A stretch of DNA of 32,000 nucleotides, taken from sequence record LT986467.1; one strand, written 5' to 3'. Below the pieces are notes generated by a model. It ran no database searches. It had not been told where the DNA came from and saw nothing but the letters and a program-made list of their open reading frames with translations. Shown here piece after piece: positions 1-11,730 of this stretch. The position numbers and the translations under genes are program-made. Each line of letters starts with the position of its first letter. Within the stretch, counting starts at the first letter, position 1.

Positions 1-1045
1 AATTAATATCTTAATAATTAATATACTCCTTTTTTTTTTATAATATTATTCTTATTATAATTTCTTTTATGTTTATATTTTATTATTATTTAATAATATG
101 TTCATTTTTTATAAAAATTATTTATAAATATCTTTATAATTTATATTTATAATTAAATGATAATATTTTATTTTAATATAATTAATTAAATAATTAATAA
201 TAATAATAAGATTATAATAATAAAATTCAATATATAAATATGATAATAACTTTTACTTTATGATATATATTTATCATTATATATATAATTTATTAAATTA
301 TATAGTCCTGACCTTTATTTATTATCATAAATTATAAATAATTATAAAAAAGTTAATAGATATAAAAATAATAAAAATATTATTTATATATATCATTATA
401 AATTATTAATAATATCATAATATATTTAATTATGAATATAAATTATTAATAATACCATAATATATTAAATTATGATATATAATTATTAATTCTTATTAAA
501 TTATTTATTATAATAGATAATATATTATTTAATATGTAATATATTATATATAATACATATAATATATTTTATTTTTATAATATAATATATAATATAAATA
601 ACCTTATTTAATATATATATATATATAAATTTATATATATAAATAAAATATATATTCTATAAATCTTCTATATATATTAAATACACTTTTTTAAAGGTTT
701 ATTTAAATATAATAACTATAAAATTATTCATATATTTTTTATTAATAATAATAATGATTATAAATTAATTTTTAATAATTAAAAAAAAATAAGGTTTATT
801 ATAATTAATTAATTAATTAATTAATAATAATTTATTTATTATAATTAAATTATTTATCATTTATATATATATATATATATATTTTTATTTTAATATTAAA
901 TCAATAATATATATATTATATTATACTTTTTATTAATATTATAATAAGGATAACTATATAATAAATTATATTATATGATATAATATGATATTATATCATA
1001 ATTGAAATATATATAAAATATAAAAAATAACATTATTATATTTAT

Positions 1046-1116
1046 CTCCTGTGGGATCAATATTATTTGGTATATATGAACAATTGGATTGGATTGTGTT
1101 ATGTTAATTTGGATTT
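1046..1116 (+). repeat. Copy A of dispersed 'GGGATCAA...GGTATATATGAACAA' element
   Basis: ctcctgtgggatcaatattatttggtatatatgaacaattggattgg aligns by eye with the copies at 4271, 8069(rc) and 2401(rc). Confidence 0.7.
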
Positions 1117-1241
1117 ATAAAATAAATTTTATTAATTATATTAATATTAAAAATAAATAAATAATATATAATGATTATATTATTAAGTTTTAATTAATAA
1201 AGGATTGGATAAGGATAAAAATATATAATAATTTATATTAT

Positions 1242-1253
1242 AAGAATATTATT
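1242..1253 (-). promoter_or_regulatory. mRNA 3'-end dodecamer (AAUAAUAUUCUU) of COX3
   Basis: The plus strand reads aagaatattatt, the exact reverse complement of the dodecamer, about 100 nt 3' of the COX3 stop. Confidence 0.75.
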
Positions 1254-1349
1254 ATAATAATATAAAATATATATATAAATTACAATATATTAATTATTAT
1301 TAATTATTAATAATATATATATTAATGATTTATATATAATTTTATTATT

Positions 1350-2159
1350 TTAAACACCTCATCAATAGAATAGTACATATAAAAATAATCAGATAACATC
1401 TAAAACATGTAGATAAATAATAGTTGTTTCATATCCAACATGATGTCCAGCTGTTAAATGATAATTTCTCATTCTTCAATAATTAACACCTAACATAGCT
1501 GCTAACATTACCATATGTAAGAAATGTAATCCTGTACCAGCATAGAATACTGAACCATAAACACCATCAGAAATAGTAAATGCAGCATTAGTATATTCAA
1601 TATATTGACATATTACAAAAATAACAATTAATCAGAATGTAATTAATAAACCTGATAAAGCTTTATTTCTATTACCTGCAATTAAAGCATGATGACTATA
1701 AGTTACAGTAGCACCAGAAGATAATAAGATAATAGTATTTAATAAAGGTAATTCAGTTGGTTGTACAGCTTCAATACCTACAGGTGGTCAACATGCACCT
1801 AATAGTACATCAGGACTTATAGCTGAATGGAAATAAGCTCAGAATAAACCAGCAAAGATTAATACTTCAGATAATACAAACATTAAGAAACCTAAATTAA
1901 TACCTTTTCTTACTGCTATAGTATGATCACCTAAATATGTAGCTTCTGATACAATATCTCTAAATCATAAAATAGAACTTGTTAATAATACAAATAATGC
2001 TAAATATACCATATTTATATTACCAATATAACCATGCATTGTTAATGCTAGTGATAATGCTAATGATAATAATGCAAATGATACTACAATTGGTCATGGT
2101 GATGGCATAACCATATGAAATGGATGTTGTTGATGTCTACTTCTTTCTAAATGTGTCAT
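1350..2159 (-). CDS. COX3: Cytochrome c oxidase subunit 3
   Basis: The minus strand from 2159 reads ATG ACA CAT TTA GAA AGA AGT AGA CAT CAA CAA CAT CCA TTT CAT ATG GTT ATG CCA TCA CCA TGA CCA = [23 protein letters not shown]. It ends ...TAT TGA TGA GGT GTT TAA (YWWGV*). Length is 810 nt (269 aa), in frame only if TGA=Trp. Confidence 0.97.
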
Positions 2160-2400
2160 AAATTTATTGTTTATATATATATATTATATAGATAATATAA
2201 TAATAATAATATTATCTTATAAATAATTTATTTAATATAATAATATATTACTTTTTTTATTTATTAAAATTTATATATATATAATTCAATATATATTTAA
2301 ATTAAATTCAATATAATAAATAATACAATTGAATTAATACCTAATTTTATTCAATTATTAATAATATAACTACCACTATTATAATTAAGATACAATTAAA

Positions 2401-2488
2401 CTCGATTGTTCATATACATATACATATACATATATATATATATATACATCGAATAATATAATATAATGTAATGTAATATTGATCCCTA
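2401..2488 (-). repeat. Copy D of dispersed element, core split by an expanded (TA)n/(TGTATA)n tract
   Basis: The reverse complement reads TAGGGATCAATATTACATTACATT...TTCGATGTATATATA...TGTATATGAACAATCGAG. Confidence 0.6.
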
Positions 2489-2790
2489 ATTTACATTATA
2501 GGTAAAAATAATTAATTTGTATTTAATATAATTTATTTAAATATTTTATTTTATTATTATTATTATTATTAATATAATATTTATAAGATATATTATATTA
2601 TATTATATATATTTTTTATTATTTATATTTATAATTAATATAAATCATTGATAATATCTTCTTTTTATTTATTTATTTATTATTATAATAAAAAGAATCT
2701 TTATATTAATTTTATTTACTTTATTTTTTTTTTTATTATTTATAAATAAATATTATTATATTAAGATAGATATAATATTATATCTAGATT

Positions 2791-2863
2791 TAGGAAATAT
2801 AGGATTCGAACCTATAATCTTTCGTGTGTAAAACGAATGCTATACCAATTAAGCTAATCTCCT
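2791..2863 (-). tRNA. tV(UAC): tRNA-Val (anticodon UAC)
   Basis: rc = AGGAGATTAGCTTAATTGGTATAGCATTCGTTTTACACACGAAAGATTATAGGTTCGAATCCTATATTTCCTA. Acceptor is AGGAGAT/ATTTCCT, anticodon stem TTCGT/ACGAA with loop TTTACAC, T loop TTCGAAT. Confidence 0.93.
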
Positions 2864-3028
2864 TTATAAAATATATACTTTTATTAATTATTATAATTAT
2901 TATTTTATTTATTTATATATATATAATTATAATAATTCATATAATTATTATAATCATTACAATTAAATTTATTAATAATTATTTAATTTAATATACAAGA
3001 TATTTATTTATATATATATATACTTTTT

Positions 3029-3037
3029 TTATAAGTA
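3029..3037 (+). promoter_or_regulatory. Candidate nonanucleotide promoter (TTATAAGTA) for the plus-strand tRNA-Thr
   Basis: The plus strand reads ttataagta about 135 nt upstream of the only plus-strand gene. Confidence 0.55.
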
Positions 3038-3171
3038 GTATATTATATTTTATATATAATTATATTTATAATTTTTTATTATAAATTATATATAATAATA
3101 TATTAATAATAATAAGTTTTTTATAATATAATTAAAAAGTAAAATTCCTTTTAAAAAGGAATACCAAAAGA

Positions 3172-3243
3172 GTAAATATAATTTAATGGTAAAATGTATG
3201 TTTTTAGGTGCATATTATCTAAGTTCAAATCTTAGTATTTACA
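3172..3243 (+). tRNA. tT(UAG): tRNA-Thr (anticodon UAG, CUN decoder) with 8-nt anticodon loop
   Basis: GTAAATATAATTTAATGGTAAAATGTATGTTTTTAGGTGCATATTATCTAAGTTCAAATCTTAGTATTTACA. Acceptor is GTAAATA/TATTTAC, anticodon stem TATGT/GCATA enclosing the 8-nt loop TTTTAGGT, T arm CTAAG-TTCAAAT-CTTAG. Confidence 0.92.
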
Positions 3244-3477
3244 AAAAAAAAAAAATTAATATAAAATAAATTTATTAAGTTATTATTTTTCTTTATATAA
3301 ATAAAAACTGAATATCAAATTTTATTTATTATTGATAATTATTTATTATATAATATTTTATATTAATTATAATAAATATATATAAATTTTATTATAATTC
3401 TAAATAATATATCTTTTATATATATATTAATATATATATATATAATTATAGATATTTACCCCTTTTTTAATATAAAA

Positions 3478-3506
3478 ACTCCTTCCTTATGGTCATGGGG
3501 TTATTT
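3478..3506. repeat. Small G+C-enriched island
   Basis: actccttccttatggtcatggggttatt begins like the other ACTCCTT... clusters but is short and degenerate. Confidence 0.4.
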
Positions 3507-3832
3507 ATAAGGTGTTCATTTAATAATATAATATAATATAATATAATATAATTAATGAATACCTTATATTTATATTTATAAATGTATAAACTTTTTATAA
3601 TATTATTATAAAATGAATATCTTTATTTATAAAAATATAAATAAATAAATAAGAGATATAATATATCATCTTCAGTATTTGCTTTTATTTATTATTCATA
3701 AATCATAAATTATTATTTTTAATAATTATTTATTAAAGATGAATTGGACTAAATATAAATATATTATATATATATTAATTATTATAAATACATTTATTAT
3801 TAATTAATTATTAATTAATATATTATTATTAT

Positions 3833-3904
3833 TGCCCTTAATGAGAATCGAACTACATGTAAATAAATCTTCAATTTATCGCTTTACCACTAAGCTATAA
3901 AAGC
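3833..3904 (-). tRNA. tF(GAA): tRNA-Phe (anticodon GAA)
   Basis: rc = GCTTTTATAGCTTAGTGGTAAAGCGATAAATTGAAGATTTATTTACATGTAGTTCGATTCTCATTAAGGGCA. Anticodon stem is ATAAA/TTTAT with loop TTGAAGA, T loop TTCGATT. Confidence 0.93.
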
Positions 3905-3923
3905 TATATATAATACTTATTAT

Positions 3924-3932
3924 TACTTATAA
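3924..3932 (-). promoter_or_regulatory. Candidate nonanucleotide promoter (TTATAAGTA) for the tRNA-Phe/tRNA-Val/COX3 unit
   Basis: The plus strand reads tacttataa 20 nt upstream of the tRNA-Phe 5' end. A second weaker match, TAATAAGTA, lies at 3914-3922. Confidence 0.6.
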
Positions 3933-4018
3933 TATAATATATATATAAATTTATATGATAATACAAAAAGTTAATATATAAAAAAAAAGTATATATAAAA
4001 AAGATATAAAATAAAATT

Positions 4019-4030
4019 AAGAATATTATT
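4019..4030 (-). promoter_or_regulatory. 3'-end dodecamer, distal copy downstream of VAR1
   Basis: Exact aagaatattatt on the plus strand. Confidence 0.65.
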
Positions 4031-4064
4031 TTATTAATTTATTAATAATATTATTTTATTTATT

Positions 4065-4076
4065 AAGAATATTATT
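4065..4076 (-). promoter_or_regulatory. 3'-end dodecamer, proximal copy downstream of VAR1
   Basis: Exact aagaatattatt on the plus strand, about 550 nt 3' of the VAR1 stop. Confidence 0.65.
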
Positions 4077-4270
4077 TTATATAATTCTTTATATTATATA
4101 TTTTATATTAATAATAAAAAAAAATATAATAGAAAAAAGAGTATTAGATAAATATATATATTAGATATATTTATATAAAAAGATTAATTTATATAATTTT
4201 TATAATTAGTATATTAATAATAATAGTAATATAAATTTTATTTAATTTACTATCAATAAAGAATTATTTA

Positions 4271-4338
4271 ACCCTCATGGGATCAACATTAACATTATTC
4301 GGTGTATATGAACAACAGAAATTGCGACCGTGGGGGAT
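4271..4338 (+). repeat. Copy B (longest) of the dispersed 'GGGATCAA...GGTGTATATGAACAAC' element
   Basis: accctcatgggatcaacattaacattattcggtgtatatgaacaacagaaattgcgaccgtggggg. Confidence 0.7.
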
Positions 4339-4627
4339 TTATTTATTTATTAATTTATTTATTAATTTATTTATAATTTTTAACTAATTATAAATTTAAA
4401 TAGGATTAATTTATAAATTATTGTTTATTATAATAATATATAAAATTAATTACCTTAATATAAATAATTTATAATTTATTTTATATAATTAATATATTAT
4501 TTATATTATATATAAATTATATAGATATAAAAAATAAATATTATTTATATATATATTTATTATTATTATTATATATATATATATTATATATATTATTATT
4601 ATTTATTATTATTATTATATATATATA

Positions 4628-5740
<1,113 letters not shown>

Positions 5741-5766
5741 TATTATTTATTATTATTTTTATCTAT

Positions 5767-5797
<31 letters not shown>

Positions 5798-6177
5798 ATA
5801 TTTATATATATAATATGCATCTTTATTATAATATTATTTATTATTATAGATAATAATATATTAGATATTTATTTGCAGTTTATTAATAATATATAAAATA
5901 AATATTATAATTTTTTATATATTATAAAATTTATAATTAATTAATTATAATATTATAAATATTAAAATATAGAATTTTATTAAATATATATATAATATAA
6001 ATTTAAAGAATTATTAATTATTTATAATCTTTAATATATTATATTATAAATTATTATATAAATAATATTATTTATAAATTATTATTATTATTATTATATT
6101 AATATACTTTATATTTATTATAAATTATTTTATAATAATAGGAGTAATATTAATATTATTATATATATATATTATTA

Positions 6178-6264
6178 CGGATGATGTAGGATTTGAACCT
6201 ACGTAGCCAATAAAGACTAATGATAGCTCAAATATCACACTTTAAACCACTCAGTCAACCATCC
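6178..6264 (-). tRNA. tS(UGA): tRNA-Ser (anticodon UGA) with long variable arm
   Basis: rc = GGATGGTTGACTGAGTGGTTTAAAGTGTGATATTTGAGCTATCATTAGTCTTTATTGGCTACGTAGGTTCAAATCCTACATCATCCG. Anticodon stem is TGATA/TATCA with loop TTTGAGC. Confidence 0.93.
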
Positions 6265-6622
6265 TAAAATGAATAAACCTATATATATATTATATTTATA
6301 TTATAAATAATATTTAATATAATATTATATAATTAAAAATATAAAAACTTTTATTACCCTTTTTTTATAAAAATTATATAAATTATCATATAATTACAAT
6401 TAATACAATTAATATAATTAATTAAAAAGGTTATAATATTTTAATAAATTATTATTATATAATTATCATATATTTTATTTTATTATATTATTAATATAAA
6501 CCCTATATATATAAATATATATATAAATATAAATATAAATTACAATATTTAAATAATATTAATATAAATGTATTAAATGTTTAAATAATCATAATTAAAT
6601 ATTTTTAATAAAATGTATATAT

Positions 6623-6658
6623 ACTCCTTCGGGGTCCCCCCCGCCGGGGCGGGGGACT
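6623..6658. repeat. Palindromic GC cluster (ACTCCTTCGGGGTCCCC...GGGGGACT type)
   Basis: actccttcggggtcccccccgccggggcgggggact; a near-identical copy lies at 19089-19122. Confidence 0.9.
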
Positions 6659-7123
6659 TTTTATTATATTATATATAATATATTATAATTTAATTATAAC
6701 CCTTATTATTAAATTAATTGTAACTAATATTATATTATTTAATGAATAATACAATAAGGTTGGATTACATTCAATTAAATATATTAAATATATTTTATAT
6801 ATAAAGAATTTATTATTTATTAATAAATATTTTTATAATATATATATATATTTATTTATTTATTAATAATATTTTTATGATAAATAAATAATATATCTCT
6901 TAATAATATTTTATTAAATATTAATATTTATAATATTTATAATAAGAGTGGATTATAAATTTATTATTATTAATGATATAAAAATTAATTATATATTATC
7001 CATTATTTATTTATTTATATATTAATTTATAAAATATATTTTTTATTATAATTTATTTATATATATATATATATATATATTATTATTATATAATATTATA
7101 TTTTTATAATAATATATAATTAT

Positions 7124-7135
7124 AAGAATGTTATT
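7124..7135 (-). promoter_or_regulatory. Variant 3'-end dodecamer downstream of ATP9 (AAUAACAUUCUU)
   Basis: The plus strand reads aagaatgttatt, one mismatch to the consensus, about 75 nt 3' of the ATP9 stop. Confidence 0.5.
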
Positions 7136-7209
7136 AATTTAATCAATGAAATTTTATTTTATTAATTCGTTATTTTTTTATAATATAATATATTATTTAG
7201 ATATATATA

Positions 7210-7449
<240 letters not shown>

Positions 7450-7851
7450 TTATTAAATATTTAATCTATTCTTATTTTTATATTATATATTAATTTTATT
7501 ATTATTTAATATATATATAATTATATATAAAAAAATATTATATATAATTAACATATTAATATTGTTATTTATTATTTTTAATACACTTTTTTATTATTAA
7601 TAATACTTATTGATAATTATTATTTTTATACCTTTTTATAATATATATAAAATATATTTTATTAATTAAATTATAAAATAATATTATTAATTAATATTAT
7701 TATTTTTTATTAATCCTATCTATATATTTTATTTATTATTTTTTTTTATTAAATTATTATATATATATATACTTTTATATAAATGTGTATAAGATTTATA
7801 TAATTATTATTATATTATGATAAAAATTAAATATCATATAACTATATATAT

Positions 7852-7860
7852 TACTTATAT
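7852..7860 (-). promoter_or_regulatory. Consensus nonanucleotide promoter ATATAAGTA upstream of ATP9
   Basis: The plus strand reads tacttatat about 415 nt upstream of the ATP9 ATG; likely start of the ATP9/tRNA-Ser/VAR1 unit. Confidence 0.65.
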
Positions 7861-8068
7861 TAATATTAATAATAAAAATATTAATATTTATATACTAATA
7901 CTCTTATTTATTATATATAAATAATTTAATTTAATCATAAAAATATATTAATTGATATTTAATAATATATTTATTAAAAAAAATTATCTATTAAAATAAT
8001 TAATAATATTATTTATTATAAATATAAAATATAATTATCTTTATTTATTAATATAATAAAATATATAA

Positions 8069-8117
8069 ACCCCACGCCAAATCCGTTGTTCATATACACC
8101 AAATTGATCCCATAGGA
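8069..8117 (-). repeat. Copy C of the dispersed element (reverse orientation)
   Basis: rc = CCTATGGGATCAATTTGGTGTATATGAACAACGGATTTGGCGTGGGG. Confidence 0.7.
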
Positions 8118-8350
8118 AAATAAAAATAAGAATAATAATTATAAAAATATAAAACCTATAATATATTTAATTATAAATAAATATATAATATTTTATTAAG
8201 TTTATTTTATTATTATTATAAAATTAAAGAAATAAAAAGAATATAATTTTTTTAAGCCTATATTATATATATATATATATATATATGTATAAAGATAAAT
8301 AAATAATAACAATTATAAAGTTATAAAAGAATTAATATTATAACCCTCAC

Positions 8351-8456
8351 TATTATATTATATTATATTATATTATATTATATTATATTATATTATTATT
8401 ATTATTATATTATATTATATTATATTATATTATTATTATTATTATATTATATTATA
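8351..8456. repeat. AT-only microsatellite (TATTA)n / (ATT)n
   Basis: Uninterrupted tattatatta... blocks. Confidence 0.85.
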
Positions 8457-8458
8457 TT

Positions 8459-8538
<80 letters not shown>

Positions 8539-9017
8539 GGAAAAATTTATTATTATTATTATTAAATTACAACATTTTAATAATAATAAAGAAATTATAA
8601 ATAAAAATATATTCATTATTATAATTATATATACCTTACTAATCATGTGAATCACCGTAGGATTAAATATTAAATATTAAATAGACGGAATATAATAAAA
8701 AGAAATAATTTTATTATTTCATAATTTATTATTATTATATATAATATTTATTAAGAATATATATATTTATATATATATATATATCTTATTTTTATTTTTT
8801 TTATGATATAATTTATATTTTAATAATATTATTATATATTAATATATATAATATATTATTAATTATTATTTATATTTGAGGTGGGGGTCCCAATTATTAT
8901 TTTCAATAATAATTTATTATGGGACCCGGATTTCTTCTTGTTCTTATTTATTATATTATTTATTTGATTATTATTTAATATTATAATTTATTTTATTCAA
9001 TTTATTATATCGTTTAT

Positions 9018-9044
9018 ACTCCTACGGGGTTCCCAGTGGGGACT
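9018..9044. repeat. GC cluster inserted between ori clusters B and C
   Basis: actcctacggggttcccagtggggact. The paralogous site in the 24.3-kb ori is empty (tgtttatac|attatttatatt). Confidence 0.8.
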
Positions 9045-9175
9045 TTTATTTATATTATATAATTAATTATTTTATAATTATTATATATTAGTTATATTAT
9101 AAAATATTAACTAATGTGTGCTTTATATATATTTAATAGTTTGGTTATTGATCACCCACCCCCTCCCCCTATTAC

Positions 9176-9210
9176 GTCTCCGAGGTCCCGGTTTCGTAAG
9201 AAACCGGGAC
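9176..9210. repeat. 35-bp GC cluster inserted inside the ori nonanucleotide promoter
   Basis: attac[gtctccgaggtcccggtttcgtaagaaaccgggac]ttatatattag compared with the uninterrupted attacttatatattag at 24549-24565. Confidence 0.85.
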
Positions 9211-9730
9211 TTATATATTAGTAAATAAAAAATATAACAATACTTATAAAAAATCATAATTTATTTAAACTTATTATAATAAAATATTTATTAATAATAA
9301 AAATAATAATATATATAATATATCTATAATATTTTTATTATTATTATTTATAATAACAAGGGATTCCAATCTCCGTATCAGTGGATTTAAATAATTATAA
9401 TTAAAGTAAATAAATATAAAATAATTATTATAATATTAATTAATACCAATTAATTTTAATTTTATTAAAGAATCAATAAAATAAATATTAAAAATTATAT
9501 TTATAATTATATTAAAAATTAATTATTAATAGTTTTATGTATTTATGATAATTAATTCTAAAGTAATTTTATATTATCAATAGTAATAATCATTAATATA
9601 TATATATATATATAAAGAACTTTATATTAAATTTTATATTTAATGAATACTTTTATATTTTTTTTTTATAAATAAAAATAATAAGATTATATAATAGTTA
9701 TACTTCATGATAATTTATTATTTGTAAGAA

Positions 9731-9790
9731 ATGAAATGAAATGAAATGAAATGAAATGAAATGAAATGAAATGAAATGAAATGAAATGAA
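9731..9790. repeat. (ATGAA)12 perfect pentanucleotide microsatellite
   Basis: 12 uninterrupted atgaa units, with degenerate units on both sides. Confidence 0.95.
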
Positions 9791-10119
9791 ATAAGATGAA
9801 ATAAAATAAAAAAGAATAATGATAATAATAATTAATAAATTTATAATATATTAAATAATAATATATATATTAATATATATAATTATATGATAAAATAATA
9901 GGTAAGTTATAATTCAATTTATTTGTATTATATTATTCATTGGTTTATATTGATTTAATGAGTATATTATTTCATTATTAATTAATTAATTTATATTTAT
10001 TTTTACATTATAGACATTAATATTATTCGATTAATTTGAATAACCGAATTAATTGTATTTAATTTAATATAATATATTAAGGTTTTATAAAAAGGGTAAA
10101 TTAGATATATATTATTATA

Positions 10120-10131
10120 AAGAATATTATT
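10120..10131 (-). promoter_or_regulatory. 3'-end dodecamer of COB
   Basis: Exact aagaatattatt, about 110 nt 3' of the COB stop. Confidence 0.8.
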
Positions 10132-10240
10132 AAAGTATTATTATTAATAATAATATTTATTATTAATAATAATTTATATATATATCAATGTATTAATGTA
10201 TATTATTAAAAAATAATTAATTATATAATTATTTATTTAT

Positions 10241-10591
10241 TTATTTATTAACTCTACCAATATAGAATAAAACATTTTCAATAGTAGAGATAACAGGTAC
10301 AATAATTAAGAAATATGCGAAGTAGATAAATGTAGCGATTTGTCCCATTAAGACATAAGGTACTTCTACATGGCATGCTCCAATTTGTCCTAATAATACG
10401 AAATTGAATACAAAGATAAAGAAGAAGAATTTAGATAATACTTTAAAAGTATTACCTCTTACTACACTTCTATCAGTAAATGGTAAAACTAATAATACTA
10501 AAATAGCTGCAAACATTAGAATAACTCCTAATAATTTATCAGGAATAGATCTTAAAATAGCATAGAATGGTAATAAGTATCATTCAGGTAC
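10241..10591 (-). CDS. COB: Cytochrome b, exon 6 (351 nt, includes stop)
   Basis: GTA CCT GAA TGA TAC TTA TTA CCA TTC TAT... = [24 protein letters not shown] then the track [25 protein letters not shown]...FYIGRVNK*. Confidence 0.95.
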
Positions 10592-11340
10592 ACAATTTAT
10601 ATATGTTAACATAAGATTATTTAATATCTTATCTCAATAATTTTCATTATTGTTCAGACTATGTCATTAATTTATAATAAAAGATTACAACTTTTGATAT
10701 TTTATAATATATATAATATATATATTTTATTTTATATATAATATATATTAATATTAAAAATAAAAAAAAAAATTAATAATCTATTCTTTATTTAAAAATA
10801 ATTTATAAATTAATTGGTTTTCGTGGAAAGGTATTACTATCTCAGTTCACTTTCTAGTCGTTGAACGTTTTTATATCTTATATTATATTAATATTATTAT
10901 TATTATTATATATATATATTAATATATAATATAGAGATGATATAAACTTCGCTGCAAGTTGTCATAGTATTATTTATTTATTAATACCTTAGATTTTCTT
11001 GACAATTAACCAATTTTTAATCATTAAACTTCTTATAGGATTACCACGAAGCGGAAACTTAAGAATATTTAATGCTACTGTACTTTTTATTATTATTTAT
11101 TATTAATTAATTAATTAATTAATTTATTTATTTATTATAATTTTTCATATATTTAATATAATATATTAAATATAAATTCTAAAGGAATATATATAAATAA
11201 TTATATTTTATTAATAGAATTTTTATAAAATAAATAAATATATTTTTATTAATAATTATTATTTATTTTTTTTTTATATAAAATAAATAATAAAAAAAAT
11301 AAGATTAAATAATAATAATTTTATTAATATTTTTAATATC
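10592..11340 (-). other. COB intron 5 (bI5 position), group I, no ORF
   Basis: It separates ...PASI from VPEWY. Group I R-like GTTCAACGACTAGA is the rc of 10853-10866, and S-like ATGACATAGTCTGAAC is the rc of 10652-10667. The boundary is ambiguous by 1 nt (a T is shared). Confidence 0.85.
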
Positions 11341-11391
11341 AATAGATGCTGGTGTTACTAAAGGATTACCAGGGATATAGTTATCAGGATG
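11341..11391 (-). CDS. COB: Cytochrome b, exon 5 (51 nt)
   Basis: CAT CCT GAT AAC TAT ATC CCT GGT AAT CCT TTA GTA ACA CCA GCA TCT ATT = HPDNYIPGNPLVTPASI. Confidence 0.93.
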
Positions 11392-11457
11392 CTTTTATAA
11401 TAAATATAAAATGGACTATATCTTCATAAAAATTTATATTACACTATCCTATTTCAT

Positions 11458-11532
11458 CGTCCCGCCCGCAGGGTGGGCGGGGGGGGGGCGGAACTACCCG
11501 CGACCCACCCACCCACTGGTCGCGGGTGGTTT
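11458..11532. repeat. Compound GC cluster inside bI4, 3' of the maturase ORF
   Basis: cgtcccgcccgcagggtgggcggggggggggcggaactacccgcgacccacccacccactggtcgcgggtgg. Confidence 0.9.
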
Positions 11533-11730
11533 CTTTCATAAACTATTATTATTTATTCAATCATGTTTAATGATCAGAATTTTATTTAATAAGATTGTAA
11601 AAATATAATCTACCGATTCATAATAATTTATATTATCTTTAACAATAATTTACAAAGATGTTATATTATTATAAAGGAATCTTTAAATATTTTATAAATT
11701 AGAGAATATAATAATGAATACGGAGAAAAT

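Larger units (their letters stand above)
8878..9216 (-). promoter_or_regulatory. ori/rep element (clusters A, B, C) with two extra GC-cluster insertions; promoter interrupted
   Basis: Cluster A is gaggtgggggtccc (8878-8891), followed by an AT palindrome and cluster B gggacccgga (8921-8930). Cluster C is atcacccaccccctccccct (9151-9170). The nonamer tac|ttatat is split at 9175/9211. Confidence 0.85.

Noticed and set aside
1-1349. Search for tRNA-fMet, RPM1 (RNase P RNA) or rRNA genes downstream of COX3
   Set aside because: I found only AT spacer, the dodecamer and repeat copy A. No cloverleaf or conserved RNase P/rRNA blocks are recognisable by eye.
11411-11608. 65-aa plus-strand ORF
   Set aside because: It is antisense to COB intron bI4 and is held open only by the G+C cluster (PPAGWAGGGRNYPRPTHPLVAGG). 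It is an artefact of the cluster composition.
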